Position numbers and translations under genes: made by a program
Shown here: piece after piece, positions 1 through 14,361 of the stretch
Layout: each line of letters begins with the position of its first letter
Numbering within the stretch: position 1 is the first letter of the stretch
DNA from: Eledone cirrhosa
Lineage: Eukaryota
DNA length: 64,000 nt
Reading direction: 5' to 3'
NCBI GenBank assembly: GCA_964016885.1
Contig: OZ024747.1
Coordinates: forward strand, 76,384,001-76,448,000
Notes under the pieces: generated by a model
Seen by the model: only the letters and a program-made list of their open reading frames with translations
The model's database searches: none
What the model was told of the DNA's origin: nothing

Positions 1-3000
1 TTGACAGTATATGTAGAATGTATTGGTAGTATCTGTAGAATGTATTGGCAGTATATGTAGAATGTATTGGCAGTATCTGTAGAATGTATTGACAGTATAT
101 GTAGAATGTGTTGACAGTATATGTAGAATGTATTGACAGTATATGTAGAATGTATTGGCAGTATATGTAGAATGTATTGACAGTATCTGTAGAATATATT
201 GACAGTATATTTAGAATGTATTGACAGTATCTGTAGAATGTATTGACAGTATCTGTAGAAAGTATTGACAGTATCTGTAGAATGTATTAACAGTATATGT
301 AGAATGTAGTGACAGTATCTGTAGAATGTATTGACAGTATCTGTGGAATGTATTGACAGTATATGTAGAATGTATTGGCAGTATATGTAGAATGTATTGA
401 CAGTATATGTAGAATGTATTGGCAGTTTATGTAGAATCTATTGACAGTATCTGTAGAATGTATTGACAGTATATGTAGAATGTATTGACAGTATATGTAG
501 AATGTATTGGCAGTATATGTAGAATGTATTGACAGTATCTGTAGAATGTATTGACAGTATATGTAGAATGTATTGACAGTATATGTACAATGTATTGACA
601 GTATATGTAGAATGTATTGGCAGTATCTGTAGAATGTATTGACAGTATCTGTAGAATGTGTTGACAGTATCTGTAGAATGTATTGACAGTATATGTAGAA
701 TGTATTGACAGTATCTGTAGAATGTGTTGACAGTATCTGTAGAATGTATTGGCAGTATCTGTAGAATGTGTTGACAGTATCTGTAGAATGTGTTGACAGT
801 ATCTGTAGAATGTATTGACAGTGTATGTAGAAGGTATTGACAGTATCTGTGGAATGTATTGACAATATCTATAGAATGTATTGGCAGTATATGTAGAAGG
901 TATTGACAGTATCTGTAGAATGTATTGACAGTATCTGTAGAATGTGTTGACAGCATCTGTAGAATGTATTGACAGTATCTGTAGAATGTATTGTCAGTAT
1001 CTGTAGAATGTATTGGCAGTATCTGTAGAATGTATTGACAGTATCTGTAGAAAGTATTGGCAGTATCTGTAGAATGTATTGACAGTATCTGTAGAATGTA
1101 TTGACAATATCTATAGAATGTATTGGCAGTATATGTAGATGGTATTGACACTATCTGTGGAATGTATTGACAGTATATGTAGAATGTATTGACAGTATCT
1201 CTAGAATGTATTGACAGTATCTGTAGAATGTTTTGACAATATCTGTAGAATGTATTGACAGTATCTGTAGAATGTATTGACAGTATCTGAAGAATGTATT
1301 GACAGTATCTGTAGAATGTATTGACAGTATATGTAGAATGTATTGGTAGTATCTGTAGAATGTATTGGCAGTATATGTAGAATGTATTGGCAGTATATGT
1401 AGAATGTATTGGCAGTTTCTGTAGAATGTATTGACAGTATATGTAGAATGTATTGACAGTATCTGTAGAATGTATTGACAGTATCTCTAGAATGTATTGA
1501 CAGTATCTGTAGAATGTATTGACAATATCTGTAGAATGTATTGACAGTATCTGTAGAATGTATTGACAGTATCTGAAGAATGTATTGACAGTATATGTAG
1601 AAGGTATTGACAGTATCTGTGGAATGTATTGACAGTATATGTAGAATGTATTGGTAGTATATGTAGAATGTATTGACAGTATATGTAGAATATATTGACA
1701 GTATATGTAGAATGTATTGACAGTATCTGTAGAATGTATTGACAGTATCTGTAGAATGTATTGACAGTATATGTAGAATGTATTGACAGTATATGTAGAA
1801 TGTATTGGCAGTATATGTAGAATGTATTGACAGTATCTGTAGAATATATTGACAGTATATTTAGAATGTATTGACAGTATCTGTAGGATGCATTGACAGT
1901 ATCTGTAGAATGTATTGACAGTATCTGTAGGATGCATTGACAATATCTGTAGAATGTTTTGACAGTATCTGTAGAATGTATTGACAGTATCTGTAGGATG
2001 CATTGACAGTATATGTAGAATGTATTGACAGTATATCTAGAATGTATTGGTAGTATATGTAGAATGTATTGACAGTATATGTAGAATGTATTGACAGTAT
2101 CTGTAGAAAGTATTGACAGTATCTGTAGAATGTATTAACAGTATATGTAGAATTTATTGACAGTATCTGTAGAATGTATTGACAGTATCTGTGGAATGTA
2201 TTGACAGAATATGTAGAATGTACTGGCAGTATATGTAGAATGTATTGACAGTATATGTAGAATGTATTGGCAGTTTATGTAGAATGTATTGACAGTATCT
2301 GTAGAATGTATTGACAGTATATGTGGAATGTATTGACAGTATATGTAGAATGTATTGGCAGTATATGTAGAATGTATTGACAGTATATGTAGAATGTATT
2401 GGCAGTATATGTAGAATGTATTGACAGTATCTGTAGAATATATTGACAGTATATTTAGAATGTATTGACAGTATCTGTAGGATGCATTGACAGTATCTGT
2501 AGAATGTATTGACAGTATCTGTAGGATGCATTGACAGTATCTGTAGAATGTATTGACAGTATCTGTAGGATGCATTGACAATATCTGTAGAATGTATTGA
2601 CAGTATCTGTAGAATGTGTTGACAGTATCTGTAGAATGTATTGACAGTATATAAAGAATGTATTGACAGTATATGTAGAATGTATTGACAGTATATGTAG
2701 AATGTATTGACAGTATATGTAGAATGTATTGACAGTATATGTAGAATGTATTGACAGTATCTGTAGAATGTATTGGCAGTATATGTAGAATGTATTGACA
2801 GTATCTGTAGAATGTATTGACAGTATCTGTAGAATGTATTGACAGTATCTGTAGAATGTGTTGACAGTATCTGTAGAATGTATTGACAATATCTGTAGAA
2901 TGTATTGACAGTATCTGTAGAATGTATTGACAGTATCTGTAGAATGTATTGACAGTATCTGTGGAATGTATTGACAGTATATGTAGAATGTATTGGTAGT

Positions 3001-6000
3001 ATATGTAGAATGTATTGACAGTATCTGTAGAATGTATTGTCAGTATATTTAGAATGTATTGACAGTATATGTAGAATGTATTGACAGTATATGTAGAATG
3101 TATTGGCAGTATATGTAGAATGTATTGACAGTATCTGTTGAATGTATTGACAGTATATGTAGAATGTATTGACAGTATATGTAGAATGTATTGACAGTAT
3201 CTGTAGAATGTATTGACAGTATATGTAGAATGTATTGGCAGTATCTGTAGAATGTATTGACAGTATATGTAGAATGTATTGACAGTATCTGTAGAATGTA
3301 TTGACAGTATCTGTAGAATGTATTGACAGTATATGTAGAATGTATTGGCAGTATCTGTAGAATGTATTGACAGTATCTGTAGAATGTGTTGACAGTATCT
3401 GTAGAATGTATTGACAGTATATGTAGAATGTATTGACAGTATATTTAGAATGTATTGACAGCATATGTAGAATGTATTGGCAGTATATGTAGAATGTATT
3501 GACAGTATATGTAGAATGTATTGGCAGTATATATAAAATGTATTGACAGTATCTGTAGAATGTATTGACAGTATCTGTAGAATGTATTGACAGTATATTT
3601 AGAATGTATTGACAGTATATGTAGAATGTATTGACAGTATATGTAGAATGTATTGGCAGTATATGTAGAATGTATTGACAGTATCTGTTGAATGCATTGA
3701 CAGTATATGTAGAATGTATTGACAGTATATGTAGAATGTATTGACAGTATCTGTAGAATGTATTGACAGTATATGTAGAATGTATTGGCAGTATCTGTAG
3801 AATGTATTGACAGTATATGTAGAATGTATTGACAGTATATGTAGAATGTATTGGCAGTATCTGTAGAATGTATTGACAGTATCTGTAGAATGTATTGGTA
3901 GTATATGTAGAATATATTGACAGTATATGTAGAATGTATTGACAGTATCTGTAGAAAGTATTGACAGTATCTGTAGAATGTATTGACAGTATCTGTGGAA
4001 TGTATTGACAGTATATGTAGAATGTATTGGTAGTATATGTAGAATGTATTGACAGTATATGTAGAATGTATTGACAGTATCTGTAGAATGTATTGACAGT
4101 ATCTGTACAATGTATTGACAGTATATGTAGAATGTATTGGCAGTATCTGTAGAATGTATTGACAGTATCTGTAGAATGTATTGACAGTATATGTAGAATG
4201 TATTGACAGTATATTTAGAATGTATTGACAGTATATGTAGAATGTATTGACAGTATATGTAGAATGTATTGGTAGTATATGTAGAATGTATTGACAGTAT
4301 ATGTAGAATGTATTGACAGTATCTGTAGAAAGTATTGACAGTATCTGTAGAATGTATTGACAGTATATGTAGAATGTATTGACAGTATCTGTAGAATGTA
4401 TTGGCAGTATCTGTAGAATGTATTGACAGTATCTGTAGAATGTGTTGACAGTATCTGTAGAATGTATTGACAGTATATGTAGAATGTATTGGCAGTTTAT
4501 GTAGAATGTATTGACAGTATCTGTAGAATGTATTGACAGTATATGTGGAATGTATTGACAGTATATGTAGAATGTATTGGCAGTATATGTAGAATGTATT
4601 GACAGTATATGTAGAATGTATTGGCAGTATATGTAGAATGTATTGACAGTATCTGTAGAATATATTGACAGTATATTTAGAATGTATTGACAGTATCTGT
4701 AGGATGCATTGACAGTATCTGTAGAATGTATTGACAGTATCTGTAGGATGCATTGACAGTATCTGTAGAATGTATTGACAGTATCTGTAGGATGCATTGA
4801 CAATATCTGTAGAATGTATTGACAGTATCTGTAGAATGTGTTGACAGTATCTGTAGAATGTATTGACAGTATATAAAGAATGTATTGACAGTATATGTAG
4901 AATGTATTGACAGTATATGTAGAATGTATTGACAGTATATGTAGAATGTATTGACAGTATATGTAGAATGTATTGACAGTATCTGTAGAATGTATTGGCA
5001 GTATATGTAGAATGTATTGACAGTATCTGTAGAATGTATTGACAGTATCTGTAGAATGTATTGACAGTATCTGTAGAATGTGTTGACAGTATCTGTAGAA
5101 TGTATTGACAATATCTGTAGAATGTATTGACAGTATCTGTAGAATGTATTGACAGTATCTGTAGAATGTATTGACAGTATCTGTGGAATGTATTGACAGT
5201 ATATGTAGAATGTATTGGTAGTATATGTAGAATGTATTGACAGTATCTGTAGAATGTATTGTCAGTATATTTAGAATGTATTGACAGTATATGTAGAATG
5301 TATTGACAGTATATGTAGAATGTATTGGCAGTATATGTAGAATGTATTGACAGTATCTGTTGAATGTATTGACAGTATATGTAGAATGTATTGACAGTAT
5401 ATGTAGAATGTATTGACAGTATCTGTAGAATGTATTGAGAGTATATGTAGAATGTATTGGCAGTATCTGTAGAATGTATTGACAGTATATGTAGAATGTA
5501 TTGACAGTATCTGTAGAATGTATTGACAGTATCTGTAGAATGTATTGACAGTATATGTAGAATGTATTGGCAGTATCTGTAGAATGTATTGACAGTATCT
5601 GTAGAATGTGTTGACAGTATCTGTAGAATGTATTGACAGTATATGTAGAATGTATTGACAGTATATTTAGAATGTATTGACAGCATATGTAGAATGTATT
5701 GGCAGTATATGTAGAATGTATTGACAGTATATGTAGAATGTATTGGCAGTATATATAAAATGTATTGACAGTATCTGTAGAATGTATTGACAGTATCTGT
5801 AGAATGTATTGACAGTATATTTAGAATGTATTGACAGTATATGTAGAATGTATTGACAGTATATGTAGAATGTATTGGCAGTATATGTAGAATGTATTGA
5901 CAGTATCTGTTGAATGCATTGACAGTATATGTAGAATGTATTGACAGTATATGTAGAATGTATTGACAGTATCTGTAGAATGTATTGACAGTATATGTAG

Positions 6001-9000
6001 AATGTATTGGCAGTATCTGTAGAATGTATTGACAGTATATGTAGAATGTATTGACAGTATATGTAGAATGTATTGGCAGTATCTGTAGAATGTATTGACA
6101 GTATCTGTAGAATGTATTGGTAGTATATGTAGAATATATTGACAGTATATGTAGAATGTATTGACAGTATCTGTAGAAAGTATTGACAGTATCTGTAGAA
6201 TGTATTGACAGTATCTGTGGAATGTATTGACAGTATATGTAGAATGTATTGGTAGTATATGTAGAATGTATTGACAGTATATGTAGAATGTATTGACAGT
6301 ATCTGTAGAATGTATTGACAGTATCTGTACAATGTATTGACAGTATATGTAGAATGTATTGGCAGTATCTGTAGAATGTATTGACAGTATCTGTAGAATG
6401 TATTGACAGTATATGTAGAATGTATTGACAGTATATTTAGAATGTATTGACAGTATATGTAGAATGTATTGACAGTATATGTAGAATGTATTGGTAGTAT
6501 ATGTAGAATGTATTGACAGTATATGTAGAATGTATTGACAGTATCTGTAGAAAGTATTGACAGTATCTGTAGAATGTATTGACAGTATATGTAGAATGTA
6601 TTGACAGTATCTGTAGAATGTATTGGCAGTATCTGTAGAATGTATTGACAGTATCTGTAGAATGTGTTGACAGTATCTGTAGAATGTATTGACAGTATAT
6701 GTAGAATGTATTGACAGTATATGTAGAATGTATTGACAGTATCTGTAGAATGTATTGGCAGTATATGTAGAATGTATTGACAGTATCTGTAGAATGTATT
6801 GGCAGTATCTGTAGAATGTGTTGACAGTATCTGTAGAATGTATTGACAGTATATGTAGAATGTATTGACAGTATCTGTAGAATGTATTGGCAGTATCTGT
6901 AGAATGTATTGACAGTATCTGTAGAATGTATTGACAGTATCTGTAGAATGTGTTGACAGTATCTTTAGAATGTATTGACAGTATATGTAGAATGTATTGA
7001 CAGTATCTGTAGAATGTATTGGCAGTATGTGTAGAATGTATTGGCAGTATCTGTAGAATGTATTGACAGTATCTGTAGAATGTATTGGCAGTATCTGTAG
7101 AATGTGTTGACAGTATCTGTAGAATGTATTGACAGTATATGTAGAATGTATTGACAGTATCTGTAGAATGTATTGACAGTATCTGTAGAATGTATTGACA
7201 GTATATGTAGAATGTATTGGCAGTATCTGTAGAATGTATTGACAGTATCTGTAGAATGTATTGACAGTATATGTAGAATGTATTGACAGTATATTTAGAA
7301 TGTACTGACAGTATATGTAGAATGTATTGACAGTATATGTAGAATGTATTGGTAGTATATGTAGAATGTATTGACAGTATATGTAGAATGTATTGACAGT
7401 ATCTGTAGAAAGTATTGACAGTATCTGTAGAATGTATTGACAGTATCTGTGGAATGTATTGACAGTATATGTAGAATGTATTGGTAGTATATGTAGAATG
7501 TATTGACAGTATATGTAGAATGTATTGACAGTATCTGTAGAATGTATTGACAGTATCTGTAGAATGTATTGACAGTATATGTAGAATGTATTGGCAGTAT
7601 CTGTAGAATGTATTGACAGTATCTGTAGAATGTATTGACAGTATATGTAGAATGTATTGACAGTATATTTAGAATGTATTGACAGTATATGTAGAATGTA
7701 TTGACAGTATATGTAGAATGTATTGGTAGTATATGCAGAATGTATTGACAGTATATGTAGAATGTATTGACAGTATTTGTAGAAAGTATTGACAGTATCT
7801 GTAGAATGTATTGACAGTATATGTAGAATGTATTGACAGTATCTGTAGAATGTATTGGCAGTATCTGTAGAATGTATTGACAGTATCTGTAGAATGTGTT
7901 GACAGTATCTGTACAATGTATTGACAGTATATGTAGAATGTATTGACAGTATATGTAGAATGTATTGACAGTATCTGTAGAATGTATTGTCAGTATATGT
8001 AGAATGTATTGACAGTATCTGTAGAATGTATTGGCAGTATCTGTAGAATGTGTTGACAGTATCTGTAGAATGTATTGACAGTATATGTAGAATGTATTGA
8101 CAGTATCTGTAGAATGTGTTGACAGTATCTGTAGAATGTATTGACAGTATATGTAGAATGTATTGACAGTATCTGTAGAATGTATTGGCAGTATCTGTAG
8201 AATGTATTAACAGTATCTGTAGAATGTATTGACAGTATCTGTAGAATGTGTTGACAGTATCTTTAGAATGTATTGACAGTATCTGTAGAATGTATTGACA
8301 GTATCTGTAGAATGTATTGGCAGTATCTGTAGAATGTATTGGCAGTATCTGTAGAATGTATTGACAGTATCTGTAGAATGTATTGGCAGTATCTGTAGAA
8401 TGTGTTGACAGTATCTGTAGAATGTATTGACAGTATATGTAGAATGTATTGGCAGTATCTGTAGAATGTATTGGCAGTATATGTAGAATGTATTGACAGT
8501 ATATGTAGAATGTATTGACAGTATATGTAGAATGTATTGGCAGTATCTGTAGAATGTATTGACAGTATATGTAGAATGTATTGGCAGTATCTGTAGAATG
8601 TGTTGACAGTATCTGTAGAATGTATTGGCAGTATCTGTAGAATGTATTGACAGTATATGTAGAATGTAATGGCAGTATCTGTAGAATGTATTGACAGTAT
8701 CTGTAGAATGTATTGGCAGTATCTGTAGAATGTATTGACAGTATCTGTAGAATGTAATGGCAGTATCTGTAGAATGTATTGACAGTATCTGTAGAATGTA
8801 ATGGCAGTATCTGTAGAATGTATTGACAGTATCTGTAGAATGTATTGACAGTATCTGTAGAATGTAATGGCAGTATCTGTAGAATGTAATGGCAGTATCT
8901 GTAGAATGTATTGACAGTATATGTAGAATGTATTGGCAGTATCTGTAGAATGTATTGACAGTATCTGTAGAATGTATTGACAGTATCTGTAGAATGTATT

Positions 9001-10267
9001 GGCATTATCTGTAGAATGTATTGACAGTATATGTAGAATGTGTTGACAGTATCTGTAGAATGTATTGACAGTATCTGTAGAATGTATTGACAGTATCTGT
9101 AGAATGTATTGACAGTATCTGTAGAATGTATTGGCAGTATCTGTAGAATGTATTGACAGTATCTGTAGAATGTATTGGCAGTATCTGTAGAATGTATTGA
9201 CAGTATCTGTAGAATGTATTGACAGTATCTGTAGAATGTATTGGCAGTATCTGTAGAATGTATTGACAGTATATGTAGAATGTGTTGACAGTATCTGTAG
9301 AATGTATTGACAGTATCTGTAGAATGTATTGACAGTATCTGTAGAATGTATTGACAGTATCTGTAGAATGTATTGACAGTATCTGTAGAATGTATTGACA
9401 GTATCTGTAGAATGTATTGGCAGTATCTGTAGAATGTATTGACAGTATATGTAGAATGTGTTGACAGTATCTGTAGAATGTATTGACAGTATCTGTAGAA
9501 TGTATTGACAGTATCTGTAGAATGTATTGACAGTATCTGTAGAATGTATTGACAGTATCTGTAGAATGTATTGACAGTATCTGTAGAATGTATTGGCAGT
9601 ATCTGTAGAATGTATTGACAGTATATGTAGAATGTGTTGACAGTATCTGTAGAATGTATTGACAGTATCTGTAGAATGTATTGACAGTATCTGTAGAATG
9701 TATTGACAGTATCTGTAGAATGTATTGACAGTATCTGTAGAATGTATTGACAGTATCTGTAGAATGTATTGGCAGTATCTGTAGAATGTATTGACAGTAT
9801 ATGTAGAATGTGTTGACAGTATCTGTAGAATGTATTGACAGTATCTGTAGAATGTATTGACAGTATCTGTAGAATGTATTGACAGTATCTGTAGAATGTA
9901 TTGGCAGTATCTGTAGAATGTATTGACAGTATCTGTAGAATGTATTGACAGTATATGTAGAATGTGTTGACAGTATCTGTAGAATGTGTTGACAGTATCT
10001 GTAGAATGTATTGACAGTATCTGTAGAATGTATTGACAGTATCTGTAGAATGTATTGACAGTATCTGTAGAATGTATTGACAGTATCTGTAGAATGTATT
10101 GGCAGTATCTGTAGAATGTATTGACAGTATATGTAGAATGTGTTGACAGTATCTGTAGAATGTATTGACAGTATCTGTAGAATGTATTGACAGTATCTGT
10201 AGAATGTATTGACAGTATCTGTAGAATGTATTGGCATTATCTGTAGAATGTATTGGCATTATCTGCA
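1..10267 (+). repeat. 22-bp tandem satellite (consensus TTGACAGTATCTGTAGAATGTA), about 466 copies in window, running off the left edge
   Basis: Continuous 22-nt period. The unit starts at position 1 and still starts in register at 9901 (450 x 22). Variants are point changes (GAC/GGC, ATCT/ATAT, TGTA/TGTG). Confidence 0.99.
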
Positions 10268-10376
10268 GAGTATCAGCCAACATCTTTGTGAAATAGACTG
10301 GAGTCACATTCAAGTCCCACCGATGTTAAATTTGCTTTTCATCCTTACGGGGTCGATAAAATAAATCACCAGTAAC
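10268..10376 (+). mobile_element. Body of tRNA-derived SINE (B-box and central region) fused to the end of the 22-bp satellite
   Basis: TTCAAGTCCCACCGATGTTAAATTTGCTTTTCATCCTTACGGGGTCGATAAAATAAATCACCAGTAA matches the SINE copies at 17944, 19674 and 22346. Confidence 0.85.
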
Positions 10377-11365
10377 GTCCATCTTCTCGACTTTGATGGC
10401 CTTGCGCTTAAATCATTATTTTACTACGAAGGTCGTTTCATAGGAAGTATCCATCGAGCTTCAGGTAACTATTATCTTATGTTTTGTTGGTTTAATCGTA
10501 TTCCTCCACAATACACTTATATTACATACATTTTCAATAGTTGTATGAATACTTCTAATTACAACATGGACAACATATCCAAACTAATTACAAATTAACT
10601 GCACTTATTATGAATACTGGCAATATTTCTGGTTAATTTTTCCATTTAAAAGGAGAATGTTACAACAATAATGATTAAAGTACATAGAAGAAATCTCTTC
10701 TGAGAAAGCTGGTACAAAGGAAAGAAAACAAAGTGATTTTCTTGCCAAGTTTTTTAGTTAGAAAGTGTACAGATAGCACGTCTCCTAGGAGCAAAGCAAA
10801 ACTGCACATGCTGAGAAGTAAATTATGATTGTCACTATTTATCCATGCGTATGGAATAAAAAAAACTGAATGGAACTCACTATTTAGACAAAATTGAATT
10901 TTTTTCAGAATCTTTATGCAAACAGCAATCACTTCTTCAAAAGACGTTCGTAAAAGTACAATCGAAACTAAATCAAGCCATAATGCGTTCGATATTGGAA
11001 AGAATGTGAAACTATATATTGAAGGTGAATCTCTGAGACGAGTGACTATATGAAGTTGCACTTAAACGAAGTGTAATTCCTGAAAAAAGATTCATATTGT
11101 TTGAGAATATTATTTTATCAAGGATGACAGCTTCTTGTATGAAAAATTACTTAGCTAAAGGCATCTACGAATGTGTTTTTACTAAGCAGCATCACAATTT
11201 GTATGTCATTCTAGAACTTCAGATGAGACAATCTCTATTGTAAATATGGCCCTGTTGGCTATGTTTATACAACTGCAACTTTTACTGTACGATATGTATC
11301 TGCTTTAAAATATCGATGCATGGGAATACCATATATACATACATACACACACACACACATGTATG

Positions 11366-11430
<65 letters not shown>

Positions 11431-11757
11431 CAAAGAGTGTGTGGTAAGATACCTGTTGGCATAGTTTGGATCTAGCCAAACGGCCGGAGTTAAGTCGTCG
11501 GGGTCCTGACTCTTTTCCTGAGCATTGAATATTAGATTAGTATTAGAATTATGAAGGCCATGTGTGTCTATTTTTTTTATTCATCATTTTAGAACTGTAA
11601 TTATTTTGACATTTAACATTAGGTTACTCTCAGCATCCATGAAATAATTTCTTCCTGGAGTTTAGGGTTGGATTTTTGCTGTAGTGAGTCAATTGTATAT
11701 TGACTGTTTGTTTATGCTTCTCCACTATTATAGCTTTCATTAATAGCCATGTGCGAT

Positions 11758-11986
11758 TTAACCCTTTAGCATTTACATTACTCTATATATACTATTATAT
11801 TTTCGTGGTAAAGGCTTTATCTCACATAATTATCTCACATAATATCGAATCTATGAGATTTTGGTATTATTTATTTTGAGAACAATACCTTAATATCAGT
11901 ATGAGAGGCTGGTTACAGCTGGTTTGAACAGAAAGAGGTGAGAGAATTCTGGCCTGATATGTCCGGTTTAAATGCTAAAGGGTTAG
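11758..11986. mobile_element. Non-autonomous TTAA-type (piggyBac-like) MITE
   Basis: TTAA-CCCTTTAGCATTTA at 11758-11775 and TAAATGCTAAAGGG-TTAG at 11969-11986 give 14-bp TIRs beginning CCC, with TTAA/TTAG flanks. Confidence 0.75.
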
Positions 11987-12989
11987 ATAAATATCTATAG
12001 AGGGTTGCTGTGTTATAAAAGAAATATGTTATATCTATTTTAGAACAGGTAGTAGTTTCATATATTTACATAATGAATTGAGTCGTTATTTGTCCTCCAT
12101 ATTTGAAGTATAACTCATATATTATGTTTGACATTGTATCCTTAACGTTCTTTATATTAATAGTACCTCTTTATGATATATGAGTGGCCTGTTTAAAAAG
12201 ATATTCCGTGTTTCACGAGATGTTCAATAAACTGCTCATGTATTCAGAAACCTGTAAGCGCTTCGTTCATGTAATTCATGTTATATGTGGTGTGCTTTTA
12301 CTGGATGTTATGTCTTATTTATGTATTTGCTTCTGTATTGTTGTATAGTTTTCTCTACTAGATTATTTGAATATCCGTCTTTAAAACTTACTTCTTGTTT
12401 ATTCTTTAAATTTCGTGTACATCATTTGTGAAGGATAATCTAAATTCTGTTCTAATGAGGTATTTTATAACTGACGTTTTATGCCTATGCTGACATTCAC
12501 TATATACCTGCATGCATAAGCTTTTATTGGTGTATTTCGTGTATAGCGCGGACATATATTCTTCTCACACACATACAGCACACTTTGAAGATATAACGAC
12601 AGTTTATAATGAATGAGAAACAGAAATAAAATCGCTCCCGTTATTCTCATTTATCTACAATAAAAACTGCAGAAAAGATCATTTAATCCAGAAGGCAAAG
12701 CTAGGACGATTTTGATATTGCAAATGATATATCTCCTCAGAAATGTAGTCCTCTAAAGAAAACGATAACCGCATATTAGAGGGATATGAAAATAAACGCA
12801 CCTTGCTAGTACAACGGCTTTATGACTGAGAAGATCTTCATAATTCCATTTCTGAATATATTAACTGTTACACACCTTCATAAAAATAAACGAAAAAACT
12901 TGCGAATCTAAATATTTGCTTAAAAGAAAATAATAATTCTTGCTTAAAAGAAAATAATAATTCTCATGGAAAATAATTCGAAATTGCGC

Positions 12990-13028
<39 letters not shown>

Positions 13029-13095
13029 TGAATGTATAAACACAAACGCGACGCCAAGCAGTTTCAGCTTGTGTTCATCAAACTGTGTGCTGAAA

Positions 13096-13411
13096 ATTTT
13101 GAAAGTAGGTTTATAAGTATGAATTTTCAACAGATTCTCGTAGTTGTCTCTGTGGCCTAGCGGTAGGTACTAGAGACGTTGGAGATCCTGACCTTGAGTT
13201 CAATCCTGGTCAAGAGGTACAAGTAAACTTTTTCAGTTTTTATTTTACAACCAATAGAGAAAAGTTGAAATGGTTTACTGGGAACCCCTACTCAAGACCA
13301 GAATCGAACTTCAGACCGGGATAACCACCGTCTATGATTCCTCCAACTAGGCCACCCAGACAGCTACAAATGTACAGTGAAAATTGATAATTATAAACCT
13401 ACTTTCAAAAT
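13096..13411. repeat. Diverged inverted repeat containing tRNA-like (A-box/B-box) heads
   Basis: ATTTTGAAAGTAGGTTTATAA...GTGGCCTAG...GAGTTCAATCCTGGTC (13096-13215) is mirrored by GACCAGAATCGAACT...CTAGGCCAC...TTATAAACCTACTTTCAAAAT (13296-13411). Confidence 0.75.
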
Positions 13412-13703
13412 AAAAGTTTAAAAGACGTGGTGTCGTTCATGGCTTTCCTAGAGCTATTAGTAATATTTAGGGTCGACTTCTGATCATCATTGAAAGTCTC
13501 TGGATTTCGCAAAATACATAATATTTTTTATTGAAGAATGTAAGATTTTTTCTGCAATAATTTGATGGCACTGTTTTGTTTCTACGTGTGTATTTTTCGA
13601 AAATGTTATTTATTCATTATAAAAATTAAATGATAGCATTCTATATGTAGGTGGGCTCCCTTCATCTGCTGGCAGCCAGTATTTTAGACCTAGTCCGCCA
13701 CTG

Positions 13704-13863
<160 letters not shown>

Positions 13864-13872
13864 TATATATAT

Positions 13873-13913
13873 AAGGTCTCGCCAGTGTTCATTTAGAACA
13901 CTGGCGAGACCTT
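13873..13913. repeat. Perfect 18-bp-stem hairpin next to (TA)n
   Basis: AAGGTCTCGCCAGTGTTC-ATTTA-GAACACTGGCGAGACCTT. Confidence 0.95.
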
Positions 13914-14318
13914 CAAGATAGTAAAGAATCATCTGTACTCTACCAACATGCTAAAATAGAATATAATGGTAAATTAGAGAACATAGAAATAAAAATAGAA
14001 TCTACACACAGAAAAGACGCAATGTTTAGACAAATCACAGAGGCAATAAATATAAAAGAATTACAACCAAAATTAAATAGAAAACAGCAACATCACAACT
14101 TACAATTAAGGACAAAATGAAAACACACACGCACATAGAACAAACAACCAACCAGTAACATGTAAATAAATAAATAAATAAATAAATAAACGAATATAAA
14201 CACACACAGACACCCGGATGTGACGCATGCGCAGACTGAGCACACAACACACACACAGAAACAAGATGGCGTAGGACAGAACAAAGGAGAGGCACAAAAA
14301 CAAAGAAAAGAATCCCCA

Positions 14319-14361
14319 GTCATTGAAGAGCTCACAGAATGTGTGACGAAAGAACTTTGAC
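14319..14361 (+). ncRNA. Degenerate minimal hammerhead ribozyme motif
   Basis: GTCA-TTGAAGA-G(C)TCACA gaatg TGTGAC-GAAA-GAAC-TT-TGAC: stem I GTCA/TGAC, stem II TCACA/TGTGA, core C3 changed to T. Confidence 0.45.

Noticed and set aside
1-10267. CRISPR array or tandem bacterial promoters (TTGACA)
   Set aside because: No unique spacers, no cas genes, eukaryotic context, and no -10 box at 17-bp spacing.
287-10313. Long minus-strand ORFs (up to 1548 aa) in the satellite
   Set aside because: The 22-bp unit is stop-free on the minus strand, giving a 22-aa periodic translation in all frames; there is no evidence of a real gene.
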